Below are positions 13,303 to 24,882 of a DNA stretch of 64,000 bases, in pieces. The stretch spans positions 17,404 through 81,403 of the forward strand of contig JBBIJC010000002.1 of assembly GCA_037446165.1 (NCBI GenBank). The letters run 5' to 3'. Positions within the stretch are counted from its first letter, which is position 1, and each line of letters opens with the position of its first letter. The position numbers and the translations under genes were made by a program. The notes below the pieces were generated by a model. It did not search any database. It had not been told where the DNA came from and saw nothing but the letters and a program-made list of their open reading frames with translations. Source of the stretch: Hydrogenophilales bacterium (GTDB lineage Bacteria; Pseudomonadota; Gammaproteobacteria; Burkholderiales; Thiobacillaceae).

Positions 13303-14098
13303 GAGCCAACCCCAAGTCTGCGGCGTAGGATTCAGCCGGGTAGTGGAAAGGCACCGGACCATCCTCCTCGCCATGGACGAACTGATGCACGAAGGGCAGG
13401 CCTGAGGCCTTGATCTCGGCCGGCGTGCCCTGTGCTTCGACCACGCCTTCGGAGAGGAAATAAACGTAATCGACCATCCTGAGCGACTCCTGGACATCAT
13501 GGGTCACCACGATGGAGGTCAGGCCGAGGGTATCGGTCAGGCGCCGGATCAGGTTGCCGGTCACGCCGAGCGAAATCGGATCGAGCCCGGCGAATGGCTC
13601 GTCATACAGGATCAACGCCGGGTCGAGCGCAATGGCGCGCGCCAGGGCGACCCGCCGGGCCATGCCACCGGACAGTTCGGAGGGCATCAGATCCTGGGCG
13701 CCACGCAAACCGACGGCGTTGAGTTTCATCAGGACCAGGTCGCGGATCATGGACTCGGGCAGGTCGGTGTGCTCGCGCAACTGGAAGGCCACATTGTCGA
13801 ACACCGAGATATCGGTAAACAACGCGCCAAACTGGAACAGCATGCCCATGCGGCGGCGCAAACGGTACAACTCATCCTGATCCAGTCCGTTCATCTCGAC
13901 CCCGTCGACCCTCACGCTGCCGCGGGTCGCCCTGACCGCGCCGCCGATGACCCGGAACAGTGTGGTCTTGCCGCAGCCGGAATTGCCCATGATGGCCACC
14001 ACCTGGCCGCGGCGCGCGGTCAGGTCGATGCCCTTGAGGACCGGACGGCTGCCATAACCAAAATGCAGGCCGCGGATTTCGACTAGATTGTCATGCAT
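13295..14098 (-). CDS. mlaF: ABC ATPase MlaF
   Basis: 267 aa. Walker [10 protein letters not shown], signature [14 protein letters not shown]. Confidence 0.92.
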   Translation of the reverse strand: MHDNLVEIRGLHFGYGSRPVLKGIDLTARRGQVVAIMGNSGCGKTTLFRVIGGAVRATRGSVRVDGVEMNGLDQDELYRLRRRMGMLFQFGALFTDISVFDNVAFQLREHTDLPESMIRDLVLMKLNAVGLRGAQDLMPSELSGGMARRVALARAIALDPALILYDEPFAGLDPISLGVTGNLIRRLTDTLGLTSIVVTHDVQESLRMVDYVYFLSEGVVEAQGTPAEIKASGLPFVHQFVHGEEDGPVPFHYPAESYAADLGLAHA

Positions 14099-14158
14099 GG
14101 GGAATAGGGGTTGTTATTGTGCTTTCTGGCGGGCATTTTAACCGAGGGAAGACCTGAA

Positions 14159-14623
14159 TCACAGGCCAAGCAATTGAACTAGGTTGTTGACCTGTTCCAG
14201 ACGATCAAGGTTCCCGTCTCGGCTGATCAGGTAACCATCCCCTGGCAAATCTGTGCGTTGTCGAAGGTCGGTTGCCAGGCTGCGCAGATCCGTCGTTGCA
14301 TCGAACCAGAGCAAGGCCGGATCTTCGGCTGCACAGACCAGGCCCAGCCTCGGCTGAAAGACAGCCTGCAACGCGGCGTCACCCGCTGCCGGGCTGCCCG
14401 GCGATTGCAATACGAACCTGAACCACTCGGGGCTTTCCGCCACCCAGCGTTTGGCCTGATCCGGAGTCAAGCCGGACCACAGGCCGTAGCTCAGCCAGGT
14501 ACACGGATATTGGGTGCAGTAGTAGGCCAGCCGCCACTCATCCGGCAATCCTGAAGGGTAGAACGTACCCAGCCATTCCGGCCGGTCCCAATCGGCGACA
14601 CCCAGAAAAACGTGTCGGGACAT
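14159..14623 (-). CDS. Hypothetical Trp-rich protein with a DUF72-like N-terminal pattern
   Basis: Start MSRHVFLGVADWDRPEWLGTFYPSGLPDEWRLAYYC at 14623, one nt after the cysS stop codon (14625..14627). Codon usage looks coding. About 154 aa, roughly half the size of canonical DUF72 proteins. Confidence 0.6.
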   Translation of the reverse strand: MSRHVFLGVADWDRPEWLGTFYPSGLPDEWRLAYYCTQYPCTWLSYGLWSGLTPDQAKRWVAESPEWFRFVLQSPGSPAAGDAALQAVFQPRLGLVCAAEDPALLWFDATTDLRSLATDLRQRTDLPGDGYLISRDGNLDRLEQVNNLVQLLGL

Positions 14624-14624
14624 G

Positions 14625-15995
14625 TCACTCGCGCCGCCAGAGCGTCCCTTGCGGCCCATCCTCCAGAACAATGCCGGCCGCCTTCAGTTCATCACGGATC
14701 GCATCCGATCGCTTGAAGTCCCTGGCCTTGCGTGCCGTCAAACGCTCCTCGATCAGGCCCTCGATACGCTCGGCGGCATAGCCGCCCACCTCGCCACCCG
14801 ATTTGAGATAGGCGTCGGGATCGCGTTGCAGCAGCCCCAGTACGCCGGCCAGCTGTTTCAGCCTTCCGGCAAGTTCAGCCGTACCCGCCCGATTCAGTTC
14901 GGCAGCCAGTTCAAACAATACGGCGAGCGCTTCCGGAGTATTGAAATCGTCGTCCATCGCCGCCTTGAACCGCACCGCGTGGGGCTCGTTCCAGTCGATC
15001 TTGAACTCGGCGGCATCGATGCCGCGCAAGGCGGTGTAAAGCCGGGTCAGGGCCGCCCTGGCATCATCCAGATGCTGATCGGAATAATTCAGCGGACTGC
15101 GGTAATGGGCGCGCAGGATGAAGAAGCGCACCACCTCGGCGTCGTACTTCTCCAGCACCTCGCGGATGGTGAAGAAATTGCCCAGCGACTTCGACATCTT
15201 CTCGTCGTCGACCCGGACGAAGCCGTTGTGCAGCCAGTAATTGACGAATTTGCAGTGATGCGCGCCTTCCGACTGGGCGATCTCGTTCTCGTGATGCGGA
15301 AATTGCAGGTCCTGGCCGCCGCCGTGGATGTCGAAATGCTTGCCGAGCAGGTCCGAGCCCATGGCCGAGCACTCGATATGCCAGCCTGGGCGACCCGCAC
15401 CCCAGGGCGAGGGCCAGTTCGGCTCGTCCGGCTTGGCCGATTTCCACAGGGCAAAGTCCATGGGATCGCGCTTGTTCGGGTCGATCTCGACCCGCTCGCC
15501 GGCACGCAGGTCTTCCAGCGACTTGCCTGACAACCGGCCATAGGTCGGAAACGACTGCACCGCGTAATAGACGTCGCCATTGGCGGCGGCATAGGCATGG
15601 CCGTTGTCGATCAGGATCTGGATCATGCTCAGCATCTTGCCCACGTAATCGGTCGCGCGCGGCTCATGGTCGGGCGGTAGCACGCCCAGGGCCTTGCTGT
15701 CATCATGCATGGCGTCGATGAAACGCTGGGTCAGCTGCGTGAACGGTTCGCCATTCTCCAGCGCACGCCTGATGATCTTGTCGTCGATGTCGGTAATATT
15801 GCGGACATAATTGACTTCGTAGCCGGATGCTCTCAGCCAGCGGGTGATCATGTCGAACACCACCAGCACCCGGGCATGGCCCAAGTGGCAATAGTCGTAT
15901 ACCGTCATGCCGCAGACGTACATCCGCACCTTGCCCGGCTCGATAGGCACGAATTCCTGTTTGTCACGGGCGAGAGAGTTGTAAAGTTTGAGCAT
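14625..15995 (-). CDS. cysS: Cysteinyl-tRNA synthetase
   Basis: 456 aa. Class I motifs CHLGHA and KMSKSLGN. Confidence 0.95.
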   Translation of the reverse strand: MLKLYNSLARDKQEFVPIEPGKVRMYVCGMTVYDYCHLGHARVLVVFDMITRWLRASGYEVNYVRNITDIDDKIIRRALENGEPFTQLTQRFIDAMHDDSKALGVLPPDHEPRATDYVGKMLSMIQILIDNGHAYAAANGDVYYAVQSFPTYGRLSGKSLEDLRAGERVEIDPNKRDPMDFALWKSAKPDEPNWPSPWGAGRPGWHIECSAMGSDLLGKHFDIHGGGQDLQFPHHENEIAQSEGAHHCKFVNYWLHNGFVRVDDEKMSKSLGNFFTIREVLEKYDAEVVRFFILRAHYRSPLNYSDQHLDDARAALTRLYTALRGIDAAEFKIDWNEPHAVRFKAAMDDDFNTPEALAVLFELAAELNRAGTAELAGRLKQLAGVLGLLQRDPDAYLKSGGEVGGYAAERIEGLIEERLTARKARDFKRSDAIRDELKAAGIVLEDGPQGTLWRRE

Positions 15996-16075
15996 GGCGA
16001 CAGCGATGACAATGATCGAAAGACGTGAATTTTAACGGAAGCCGGCCACAAGGCCGCCCAGAAAACAGCATCCCC

Positions 16076-17908
16076 ATGAGCTCCACCCACATCCCGTCCA
16101 GCGCAGCGCTGGCCAAGTTGCGCAGCATCTTCGGCTTCGACAGCTTCCGAAGCGACCAGGAAACCATCGTCCAGCATCTCTGCGCCGGCAACGACGCCCT
16201 GGTCCTGATGCCCACCGGCGGCGGCAAGTCGCTGTGTTTTCAGATTCCTGCGCTGCTCCGGCCTGGTGTCGCCGTGGTGGTCTCGCCCTTGATCGCCTTG
16301 ATGCAGGACCAGGTCGACGCCCTGCGCCTGAATGGGGTCGCGGCGGCGTTTCTCAACTCCAGCCTGGACTGGCGCGCGGCCCAGGAGATCGAACAGGCTG
16401 CCCGCAATGGCGAATTGAAGCTGCTCTACGTCGCGCCGGAACGCCTGTCGACCGAACGCTTCATGACCCTGCTCGACGACCTTTCCACGGGCCCGGGCCT
16501 GGCCTTGTTTGCCATTGACGAAGCCCACTGCGTATCGCAATGGGGTCACGACTTCCGGCCGGAATACCTGCAGCTGTCGCAACTGCACGAACGCCATCCC
16601 AATGTGCCGCGCGTCGCCCTGACCGCAACCGCGGACGTTGCCACCCGCGAGGAAATTGCGCAACGCCTGGGTCTGGTCGGCGCCCGCGTCTTCCTGTCCA
16701 GTTTCGACCGGCCCAACATCCGCTACACCGTGGTCGAGAAGGACAACCCGCGCCGGCAGCTGCTGCGTTTCCTGGTCGACCACAGGCGCGAAGCCGGCAT
16801 CGTCTACTGCCTGTCGCGCAAGAAGGTCGAGGAAACCGCCGAATGGCTGCGACGGGAAGGCTATGCCGCCCTGCCCTACCACGCCGGACTGGACAGCGCA
16901 TTGCGCAGCGAACATCAGCGCCGATTCCAGCGAGAGGAAGGCGTGGTCATGGTCGCCACCATCGCCTTCGGCATGGGTATCGACAAACCGGACGTGCGTT
17001 TTGTCGCCCACCTCGACCTGCCCAAGAGCATCGAGGCCTATTACCAGGAAACGGGCCGCGCCGGCCGTGACGGCGAACCGGCCGAGGCCTGGATGGCCTA
17101 CGGCCTGCAGGACATCGCCCTGCAACGCGCCCGCATCGACGAATCCGAGGCGCCGCCGGAGCGCAAGCGACTGGAAACCCAAAAACTCAACGCCCTGCTT
17201 GCCTATTGCGAGGCGCCACGCTGTCGGCGGACAGTGCTGCTGGACTATTTTGGCGAAGCCAGCCAGCCCTGCGGTAACTGCGACGTCTGCCTCGACCCGC
17301 CCGACCTGTTTGACGGCACCATCGCGGCGCAAAAGGCGCTATCCGCCGCCTGGCGGACTGGCCAGCGCTTCGGTGCCGGCCACCTGATCGACATCGTGCT
17401 AGGGAAAGCAACCGACAAGGTGAAGAGTTTCGGCCATGACCGGCTGCCCACCTTCGGCGTCGGCAATGATCTGGACGAGCACACTTGGCGCGGCATCCTG
17501 CGCCAACTCGTCGCCGCCGGCCTGCTCCATCCCGACCTGACCGAATACGGCGCACTCAAGCTGACCGAAGCCGCCCGACCCGTTTTGAAAGGCGGACAGA
17601 CAGTCCAATTGCGCCGAACCAGAAAACCGGCGCCCGACAAGAAGGCCAGCCGCTCGGACGCCGCGCTGGAAGGTCTATCGGCCAAAGACCAGGCCTTGTT
17701 CGAGGCCTTGCGCGAATGGCGACTGGACAAGGCAAGGGAACAGGGCGTGCCCGCGTACGTCATCCTCCATGACCGCACCCTGCGCCTGCTCGCCGCCCTG
17801 CGCCCCGAAGACGACCATGGCTTGGCCGACATTTCAGGCCTGGGCCAGGCGAAACGGGAACGCTATGGCGACGAGCTGCTGGAACTCATTGCCGAATTCG
17901 TCGAATAG
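16076..17908 (+). CDS. recQ: ATP-dependent DNA helicase RecQ
   Basis: Start MSSTHIPSS at ATG 16076. FGFDSFRSDQ, PTGGGKS, DEAHCVSQWGHDFRPEY, Zn-binding CGNCDVC, and a C-terminal HRDC-like LREWRLDKAREQGVPAYVILHDRTL. Confidence 0.93.
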   Translation: MSSTHIPSSAALAKLRSIFGFDSFRSDQETIVQHLCAGNDALVLMPTGGGKSLCFQIPALLRPGVAVVVSPLIALMQDQVDALRLNGVAAAFLNSSLDWRAAQEIEQAARNGELKLLYVAPERLSTERFMTLLDDLSTGPGLALFAIDEAHCVSQWGHDFRPEYLQLSQLHERHPNVPRVALTATADVATREEIAQRLGLVGARVFLSSFDRPNIRYTVVEKDNPRRQLLRFLVDHRREAGIVYCLSRKKVEETAEWLRREGYAALPYHAGLDSALRSEHQRRFQREEGVVMVATIAFGMGIDKPDVRFVAHLDLPKSIEAYYQETGRAGRDGEPAEAWMAYGLQDIALQRARIDESEAPPERKRLETQKLNALLAYCEAPRCRRTVLLDYFGEASQPCGNCDVCLDPPDLFDGTIAAQKALSAAWRTGQRFGAGHLIDIVLGKATDKVKSFGHDRLPTFGVGNDLDEHTWRGILRQLVAAGLLHPDLTEYGALKLTEAARPVLKGGQTVQLRRTRKPAPDKKASRSDAALEGLSAKDQALFEALREWRLDKAREQGVPAYVILHDRTLRLLAALRPEDDHGLADISGLGQAKRERYGDELLELIAEFVE

Positions 17909-18019
17909 ACAAAAAACCGTTTCACCTATCTCGAATGGCATACGGCGTTATGGCCAATGAGATATTCAGCTCTCAGTCAGAAAGACCTATGGTGTTAGTA
18001 CATTTGTAAGGAGTTCACC

Positions 18020-18415
18020 ATGAGTCCGAGATATTTTGGCGACTACGCAGCCAGTCTCATCAAGTGGATGGAAAACACCCTTCAGGGCCGATTCAACCAT
18101 GGCGAAGTAGAAGCTTGCGTTGCTTTCGACAGCCTTGCCGGTCCAGGCTTTGTAGCCCAGCACGGTCCTTGTGGCCGAAACTGTAACCATCAGGCCGAAC
18201 TGGCCAGAATCATGATCCTGCGCGAAAACCTGCACAGTCTGTCAAGACAGGCTGAGGACAGCCTGGCCGCCAACGATCAGGAAACCAACCGACTTATTCT
18301 GCAGAAGCTCTCGACAAATGTTCAGGCCATGCTGATGACCATGAACGATATGGCCAAGTGTTGCCATGTCTGCCCTGATTCAGCGTTACCCAAGCCACCT
18401 AAAGAAGTTCACTAG
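18020..18415 (+). CDS. Orphan hypothetical protein, 131 aa, Cys-rich (CX3C ... CCX2C)
   Basis: Strong RBS: AAGGAG lies 6 nt upstream of the ATG. Third-position GC is visibly lower than in neighbouring genes. I recognise no family. Confidence 0.55.
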   Translation: MSPRYFGDYAASLIKWMENTLQGRFNHGEVEACVAFDSLAGPGFVAQHGPCGRNCNHQAELARIMILRENLHSLSRQAEDSLAANDQETNRLILQKLSTNVQAMLMTMNDMAKCCHVCPDSALPKPPKEVH

Positions 18416-18426
18416 CCCAGGCCGCT

Positions 18427-20100
<1,674 letters not shown>

Positions 20101-20211
20101 GTTTATTTGATATATAGGATGGGGTTAGGTCCGGTGGTGATAAAACGACTCCGGACTGTTAGAATTCGCGTGTCAATACACCCAATAAATGACCTGAAAA
20201 GTATAGCACCA

Positions 20212-21198
20212 ATGGCCATCAACCGATTCGCACTTGCCCTACTCGTCAGTCTGATGTCGAGCCTCGCCCTGTCAGCATCAACGCCCTTGCAGGACGCGTC
20301 GCAACTTTTCCATCAAGGACGAAAAGCCCAAGCCCTGGAAAAGGTGAATGCCTATCTGGCCGGTAACGCCAAGGATCCCCAGGCCCGATTCCTGAAAGGT
20401 CTGATCCTGGCCGAGATGAATCGTACTCCGGAGGCCATCAAGACCTTCACCGAATTATCCGACGACTACCCTGAACTGCCTGAACCGTATAACAACCTGG
20501 CCGTGCTCTATGCCTCCCAAGGGCAATACGAACAGGCAAAGAACACGCTGGAAAAGGCAATTCGCACCAACCCCACTTATGCCACAGCGCATGAAAACCT
20601 GGGCGACATCTACGCCAAGATGGCTTCACTGACCTATGACAAGGCACTGCAGCTGGACAAATCCAACACTTCGGCCCAGATGAAGCTGTCACTGATCAAC
20701 GAGATCTTCACCCCCTCCGCGCTGGAAAAGGCCAAACCGGTCAAACGCAGTCCGGTCAAGGTTGCCGCCCAGAATTCCATCCCGGAACCGGCTCCAGCAC
20801 CCGTGATCAAATCCGGCGACAGCAGCAAAGCGGTCCAAGCCGACAAATCGGACGGCAGTTCCACCCAGCCTGATGATGCCGTGCAAAAGGCCATCACGGA
20901 TTGGGCCACCGCCTGGAGCTCACGCAACGTAGCGAACTATCTGTCCTTCTACGCTGCCAATTTCACCCCGCCTCAGGACATGACCCGCAGCGACTGGGAA
21001 GCCTTGCGCAAACAAAGGCTGACCGCCCCCAAGTACATTCGGGTCATGGTTTCCGACTTTAAGATTCAGCGCAATGGCAACCAGGCCACAGCAACGTTCA
21101 ATGAACGTTATGAATCCAACACCTTGAAGGTCAATACCGGCAAGGCACTGGTCCTGGAATTGCAGAACGGCACCTGGAAAATCGTTGCTGAAAAGTAA
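20212..21198 (+). CDS. Secreted TPR-repeat protein with a C-terminal ~100-aa domain shared with the downstream L,D-transpeptidase
   Basis: ATG at 20212. Signal peptide MAINRFALALLVSLMSSLALSAS. TPR-like YNNLAVLYASQGQYEQAKNTLEKAIRTNP. The ORF-track start at 19972 lies inside glnS and was rejected. Confidence 0.8.
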   Translation: MAINRFALALLVSLMSSLALSASTPLQDASQLFHQGRKAQALEKVNAYLAGNAKDPQARFLKGLILAEMNRTPEAIKTFTELSDDYPELPEPYNNLAVLYASQGQYEQAKNTLEKAIRTNPTYATAHENLGDIYAKMASLTYDKALQLDKSNTSAQMKLSLINEIFTPSALEKAKPVKRSPVKVAAQNSIPEPAPAPVIKSGDSSKAVQADKSDGSSTQPDDAVQKAITDWATAWSSRNVANYLSFYAANFTPPQDMTRSDWEALRKQRLTAPKYIRVMVSDFKIQRNGNQATATFNERYESNTLKVNTGKALVLELQNGTWKIVAEK

Positions 21199-21214
21199 TT
21201 TTCTTCAATATCCC

Positions 21215-22447
21215 ATGCGGCTGGCGTTACTGCTTGTTTCCCTGGCATTGCCGCTTCTGCCGGCTCAAGCCATGGCAGAAGAAATCAACACCCTGCCAAG
21301 CGCACAGATCCGTACCGCCTCATCACCAGACAATCTGCTCGCGGCCACCCTTGAGGACATTCGCGCCAGCCGGTCCGACTCAGCCCTGAGCAACGTCAAC
21401 CGGCTGATCGCGATGCGGCCAGACTTCAAGCTCGCCTATTTGATCAAGGGCGACCTATTGCTGTCCAAGACCCGTCAGTTACCGGGCTTTGGCGGCAAAC
21501 CGGCCAATTCATCCAGCCCCTCCCTGGACGACCTCAAAGACGAGGCGCGCGTGCGGCTGCTTCGCTATCTGGATCAACCGGGACCGGACAAGCTCCCCGC
21601 GCAAATACTGCAGATGGCGCCCGGACAGAAATATGCACTGCTGGCCGATGCCAGCCGATCGCGCATTTATGTGTTCGAAAATGTGGGTGGCGAGCCTCGC
21701 CTGATCAATGATTACTATCTGTCGGTTGGCAAAAACGGGGTCGGCAAACGCAGCGAGGGTGACAAACGCTCACCTTTAGGGGTCTATACGCTCAATTCTC
21801 AACTACCCAAGACGCAACTGACCCCGTTCTATGGCGCCGGCGCGTTTCCGCTCAATTATCCCAACGAGTGGGATGCGCTACAGGGCAAGGATGGACACGG
21901 GATCTGGCTGCATGGCGTCCCCCCCGACACCTACAGTCGAGCGCCCAAAACCAGCGAGGGTTGCCTCGTGGTCGCCAATCCGGACTGGCAGGCACTTGCC
22001 CGCTACATTCGCCCCGAAACCACACCTCTGGTCATCACCGAGCAGTCCGACTGGCTGGACCGGGAGGTCTGGCTGGCCAAGCGACAGGAATTGTTAGGTG
22101 TCTTGGACAGTTGGAAAAACGACTGGCAGAAACTCGATGCCAACAGTTTTCTATCCCATTACTCCCCTGATTACCTGAATAGCCTGGGCAAGGACTGGGT
22201 AGCAGCCAAAGAACGCAATATCACACAGAAGGACTGGATCAAGGTCGGGCTGACCGACATGAGCCTGTTTCTCTATAAAAGTGGTAACGACGACATGGCC
22301 GTGATCAGCCTCACCCAGCACTACAGCAGCGACAAACTTAACGACGTGTCGCGCAAGAAGATTTACCTACGACTGACAAACGGCCAGTGGCGCATCGCTT
22401 TTGAAAAAGCACTGCAATCGGCTCCCTCCGTCGCCCTCAAAGATTAA
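21215..22447 (+). CDS. L,D-transpeptidase (YkuD) family protein
   Basis: Signal peptide [21 protein letters not shown] (ATG 21215; alternative TTG at 21185). Catalytic motif [26 protein letters not shown] (His...Ser-x-Gly-Cys). Confidence 0.85.
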   Translation: MRLALLLVSLALPLLPAQAMAEEINTLPSAQIRTASSPDNLLAATLEDIRASRSDSALSNVNRLIAMRPDFKLAYLIKGDLLLSKTRQLPGFGGKPANSSSPSLDDLKDEARVRLLRYLDQPGPDKLPAQILQMAPGQKYALLADASRSRIYVFENVGGEPRLINDYYLSVGKNGVGKRSEGDKRSPLGVYTLNSQLPKTQLTPFYGAGAFPLNYPNEWDALQGKDGHGIWLHGVPPDTYSRAPKTSEGCLVVANPDWQALARYIRPETTPLVITEQSDWLDREVWLAKRQELLGVLDSWKNDWQKLDANSFLSHYSPDYLNSLGKDWVAAKERNITQKDWIKVGLTDMSLFLYKSGNDDMAVISLTQHYSSDKLNDVSRKKIYLRLTNGQWRIAFEKALQSAPSVALKD

Positions 22448-22473
22448 CTTTCAACCACCTCCTGCAAATCAAA

Positions 22474-22971
22474 ATGATCAAACTGCATACCAATCATGGC
22501 GTCATCACCCTGGCCCTCGATGCCGAAAAGGCACCCGATACGGTCGCCAACTTTCTTCAATATGCCCGCGATGGCCACTATGACGGCACGATCTTCCATC
22601 GGGTCATCGACGGTTTCATGATTCAGGGCGGTGGTTTCACCCCCGACATGGAGCAGAAGGAAACCCGTCAGGCAGTACAGAACGAAGCCCATAACGGCCT
22701 GAAAAACCAGGCCTACACCGTTGCCATGGCGCGCACGCCAAACCCGCATTCAGCCACCAGCCAGTTCTTCATCAACGTCAGCGACAACGATTTCCTCGAT
22801 TACCGGGAACCGACCGCACAGGGCTACGGCTATTGTGTGTTCGGCAAGGTGGCAGAAGGCATGGACGTGGTCGATGGCATCAAGAAGGTGCGCACCGGCT
22901 CCCGCGGCGGCCATCAGGATGTGCCGGTGGAAAATGTGGTGATCGAACGGGTGGAAATCATTGAGGGCTGA
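22474..22971 (+). CDS. ppiB: Peptidyl-prolyl cis-trans isomerase B (cyclophilin)
   Basis: 165 aa. [23 protein letters not shown]. Confidence 0.94.
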   Translation: MIKLHTNHGVITLALDAEKAPDTVANFLQYARDGHYDGTIFHRVIDGFMIQGGGFTPDMEQKETRQAVQNEAHNGLKNQAYTVAMARTPNPHSATSQFFINVSDNDFLDYREPTAQGYGYCVFGKVAEGMDVVDGIKKVRTGSRGGHQDVPVENVVIERVEIIEG

Positions 22972-23695
22972 AGTCACCCTCTTCATCTCCGATCTGCATC
23001 TCTCGCCGGACGCCCCGGCGATCCTGAACCGGTTTCTAGCCTTTCTCGACGGGCCTGCCAGCCAGGTTCGTCGGCTCTATATTCTGGGTGACCTGTTCGA
23101 AACCTGGGTTGGTGACGACGACCTGCCGTCGCCTCTGCCCGCTACGGTCGCTCAGGCCCTGTGCGCTCAGGCCGATACTGGTCTGGAAGTGCACATCATG
23201 CATGGCAACCGGGATTTCCTGCTCGGCGAGGCCTTCGGCCAGGCCAGTGGTGCCCATCTGCTTGCTGACCCTGCCCTGATCGATCTGCACGGCACGCCAA
23301 CCATCCTCATGCATGGCGACAGTCTGTGCACGGACGATCTGGCCTATCAGCAATTTCGCCAGCAGGTACGTAACCCGGTCTGGCAACAGGCGGTACTGAG
23401 CCGCCCGCTGGCAGAAAGACGACTGCTCGCCACCCAGATGCGCGACCAGAGTACGGTCGCCAAGGATGGCAAGACCATGGTGGTGATGGACGTCAATCAG
23501 GCAGCCGTTGCCGAAGCCTTCCGGAACCATGGCTGCCCGCGGCTGATCCATGGCCACACCCACCGACCAGCCCACCATGTCCACCTGGTCGATGGTCAGG
23601 CATGTGAGCGCTGGGTGTTGCCGGATTGGTACGAAAGCGGCGGTTATCTCAGATGTGATGACCACGGCTGCCAGTTGCAGGACTGGCCAGGCTGA
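22961..23695 (+). CDS. lpxH: UDP-2,3-diacylglucosamine diphosphatase
   Basis: 244 aa. Metallophosphoesterase motifs [27 protein letters not shown]. Confidence 0.9.
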   Translation: MRAEVTLFISDLHLSPDAPAILNRFLAFLDGPASQVRRLYILGDLFETWVGDDDLPSPLPATVAQALCAQADTGLEVHIMHGNRDFLLGEAFGQASGAHLLADPALIDLHGTPTILMHGDSLCTDDLAYQQFRQQVRNPVWQQAVLSRPLAERRLLATQMRDQSTVAKDGKTMVVMDVNQAAVAEAFRNHGCPRLIHGHTHRPAHHVHLVDGQACERWVLPDWYESGGYLRCDDHGCQLQDWPG

Positions 23696-24871
23696 TCAGA
23701 TCCGGGCCAGGCCCCGTTCCAGATCGCGCTTGAGGTCTGCAACCGACTCCAGACCCACTGCAATCCGGATCAAACCATCGCCAATACCGGCCTCAGCCCG
23801 CTGCTCAGGCGTCATCCGGCTGTGCGTGGTGCTCGCCGGGTGGGTAATCGTGGTGCGCGTATCGCCCAGGTTGGCAGTGATCGACATCAGCCGGGTCTGA
23901 TCGATCACCGTCCAGGCGGCATCCTTCCCGCCTATGGTCTCGAAGGCCACGATGCCACCACCGGTCTTCTGCTGGGCCATGGCCAGGCCATGTTGAGGAT
24001 GCGACGGCAGTCCCGGATAGAGCACCCGTGCCACCTTGGGCTGTTGCTCCAGCCACCTGGCCAGTTCGAGCGCATTGCGCGAATGCGCCTCCATGCGGAT
24101 CGGCAGCGTTTCCAGCCCCTTGAGCAGAACCCAGGCATTGAAGGCCGACAAGGTCGGTCCCGCAGTACGCAGGAAGGTGTAGACGCCTTCCATCAGATCC
24201 TTGCTGCCCAGCACCGCGCCGCCCAGGACCCTGCCCTGCCCGTCCAGATACTTGGTCGCGGAGTGGATGACGATGTCAGCACCCAGTTCCAGCGGACGTT
24301 GCAGGATGGGCGAGCAGAAGCAGTTGTCCACCGCCAGCCATGCACCCGAGGCATGGGCGATGTCTGCAATCGCCCGGATGTCACTCACTTCGGTCAGGGG
24401 GTTGGACGGCGATTCCAGGAAAAACAATCTGGTGTTCGGCCGCACCGCCTGCAGCCAGGCCTCCGGGTCGGTCGGCGAGACAAAGCTCGTCTCCACGCCG
24501 AACCGGCCCAGAATATTGTTGAACAGCTGCACCGTGGAACCGAAGATCGAGCGTGAGGCCACCACATGGTCGCCGGCCTTGAGCAGGCCCATCACCGTGG
24601 CCAGGATGGCCGCCATCCCGGAGGCGAAGGCGACGCACCGCTCCGCGCCTTCCAGCGCGGCCAGACGGGTCTCGAACATGGTGACCGAGGGATTGGTGAA
24701 ACGGGCATAGATGTTACCCGGCTCGGCGCCCGAAAAGCGGGCCGCCGCTTCGGCTGCGCTGCCGAACACGAAGCTGGAGGTCAGAAACATCGCTTCCGAG
24801 TGCTCCTGGAACTGGCTACGCAGGGTTCCGGCTCTTACCGCCAGGGTGTCGGGGTCGAATTCGTCATACAT
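23696..24871 (-). CDS. metZ: O-succinylhomoserine sulfhydrylase
   Basis: 391 aa. Cys/Met-metabolism PLP family, HSATKYLDGQGR lysine motif. Sits next to purF, as in the Pseudomonas-type purF-metZ arrangement. Confidence 0.85.
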   Translation of the reverse strand: MYDEFDPDTLAVRAGTLRSQFQEHSEAMFLTSSFVFGSAAEAAARFSGAEPGNIYARFTNPSVTMFETRLAALEGAERCVAFASGMAAILATVMGLLKAGDHVVASRSIFGSTVQLFNNILGRFGVETSFVSPTDPEAWLQAVRPNTRLFFLESPSNPLTEVSDIRAIADIAHASGAWLAVDNCFCSPILQRPLELGADIVIHSATKYLDGQGRVLGGAVLGSKDLMEGVYTFLRTAGPTLSAFNAWVLLKGLETLPIRMEAHSRNALELARWLEQQPKVARVLYPGLPSHPQHGLAMAQQKTGGGIVAFETIGGKDAAWTVIDQTRLMSITANLGDTRTTITHPASTTHSRMTPEQRAEAGIGDGLIRIAVGLESVADLKRDLERGLARI

Positions 24872-24882
24872 GTCGTCGCCTT

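Noticed and set aside
17987-18235. 82-aa minus-strand ORF in the recQ-glnS spacer
   Set aside because: It is in exact antisense register with the plus-strand ORF 18020..18415, which has a near-consensus RBS. The minus ORF has no RBS and runs through the start region of the plus ORF.
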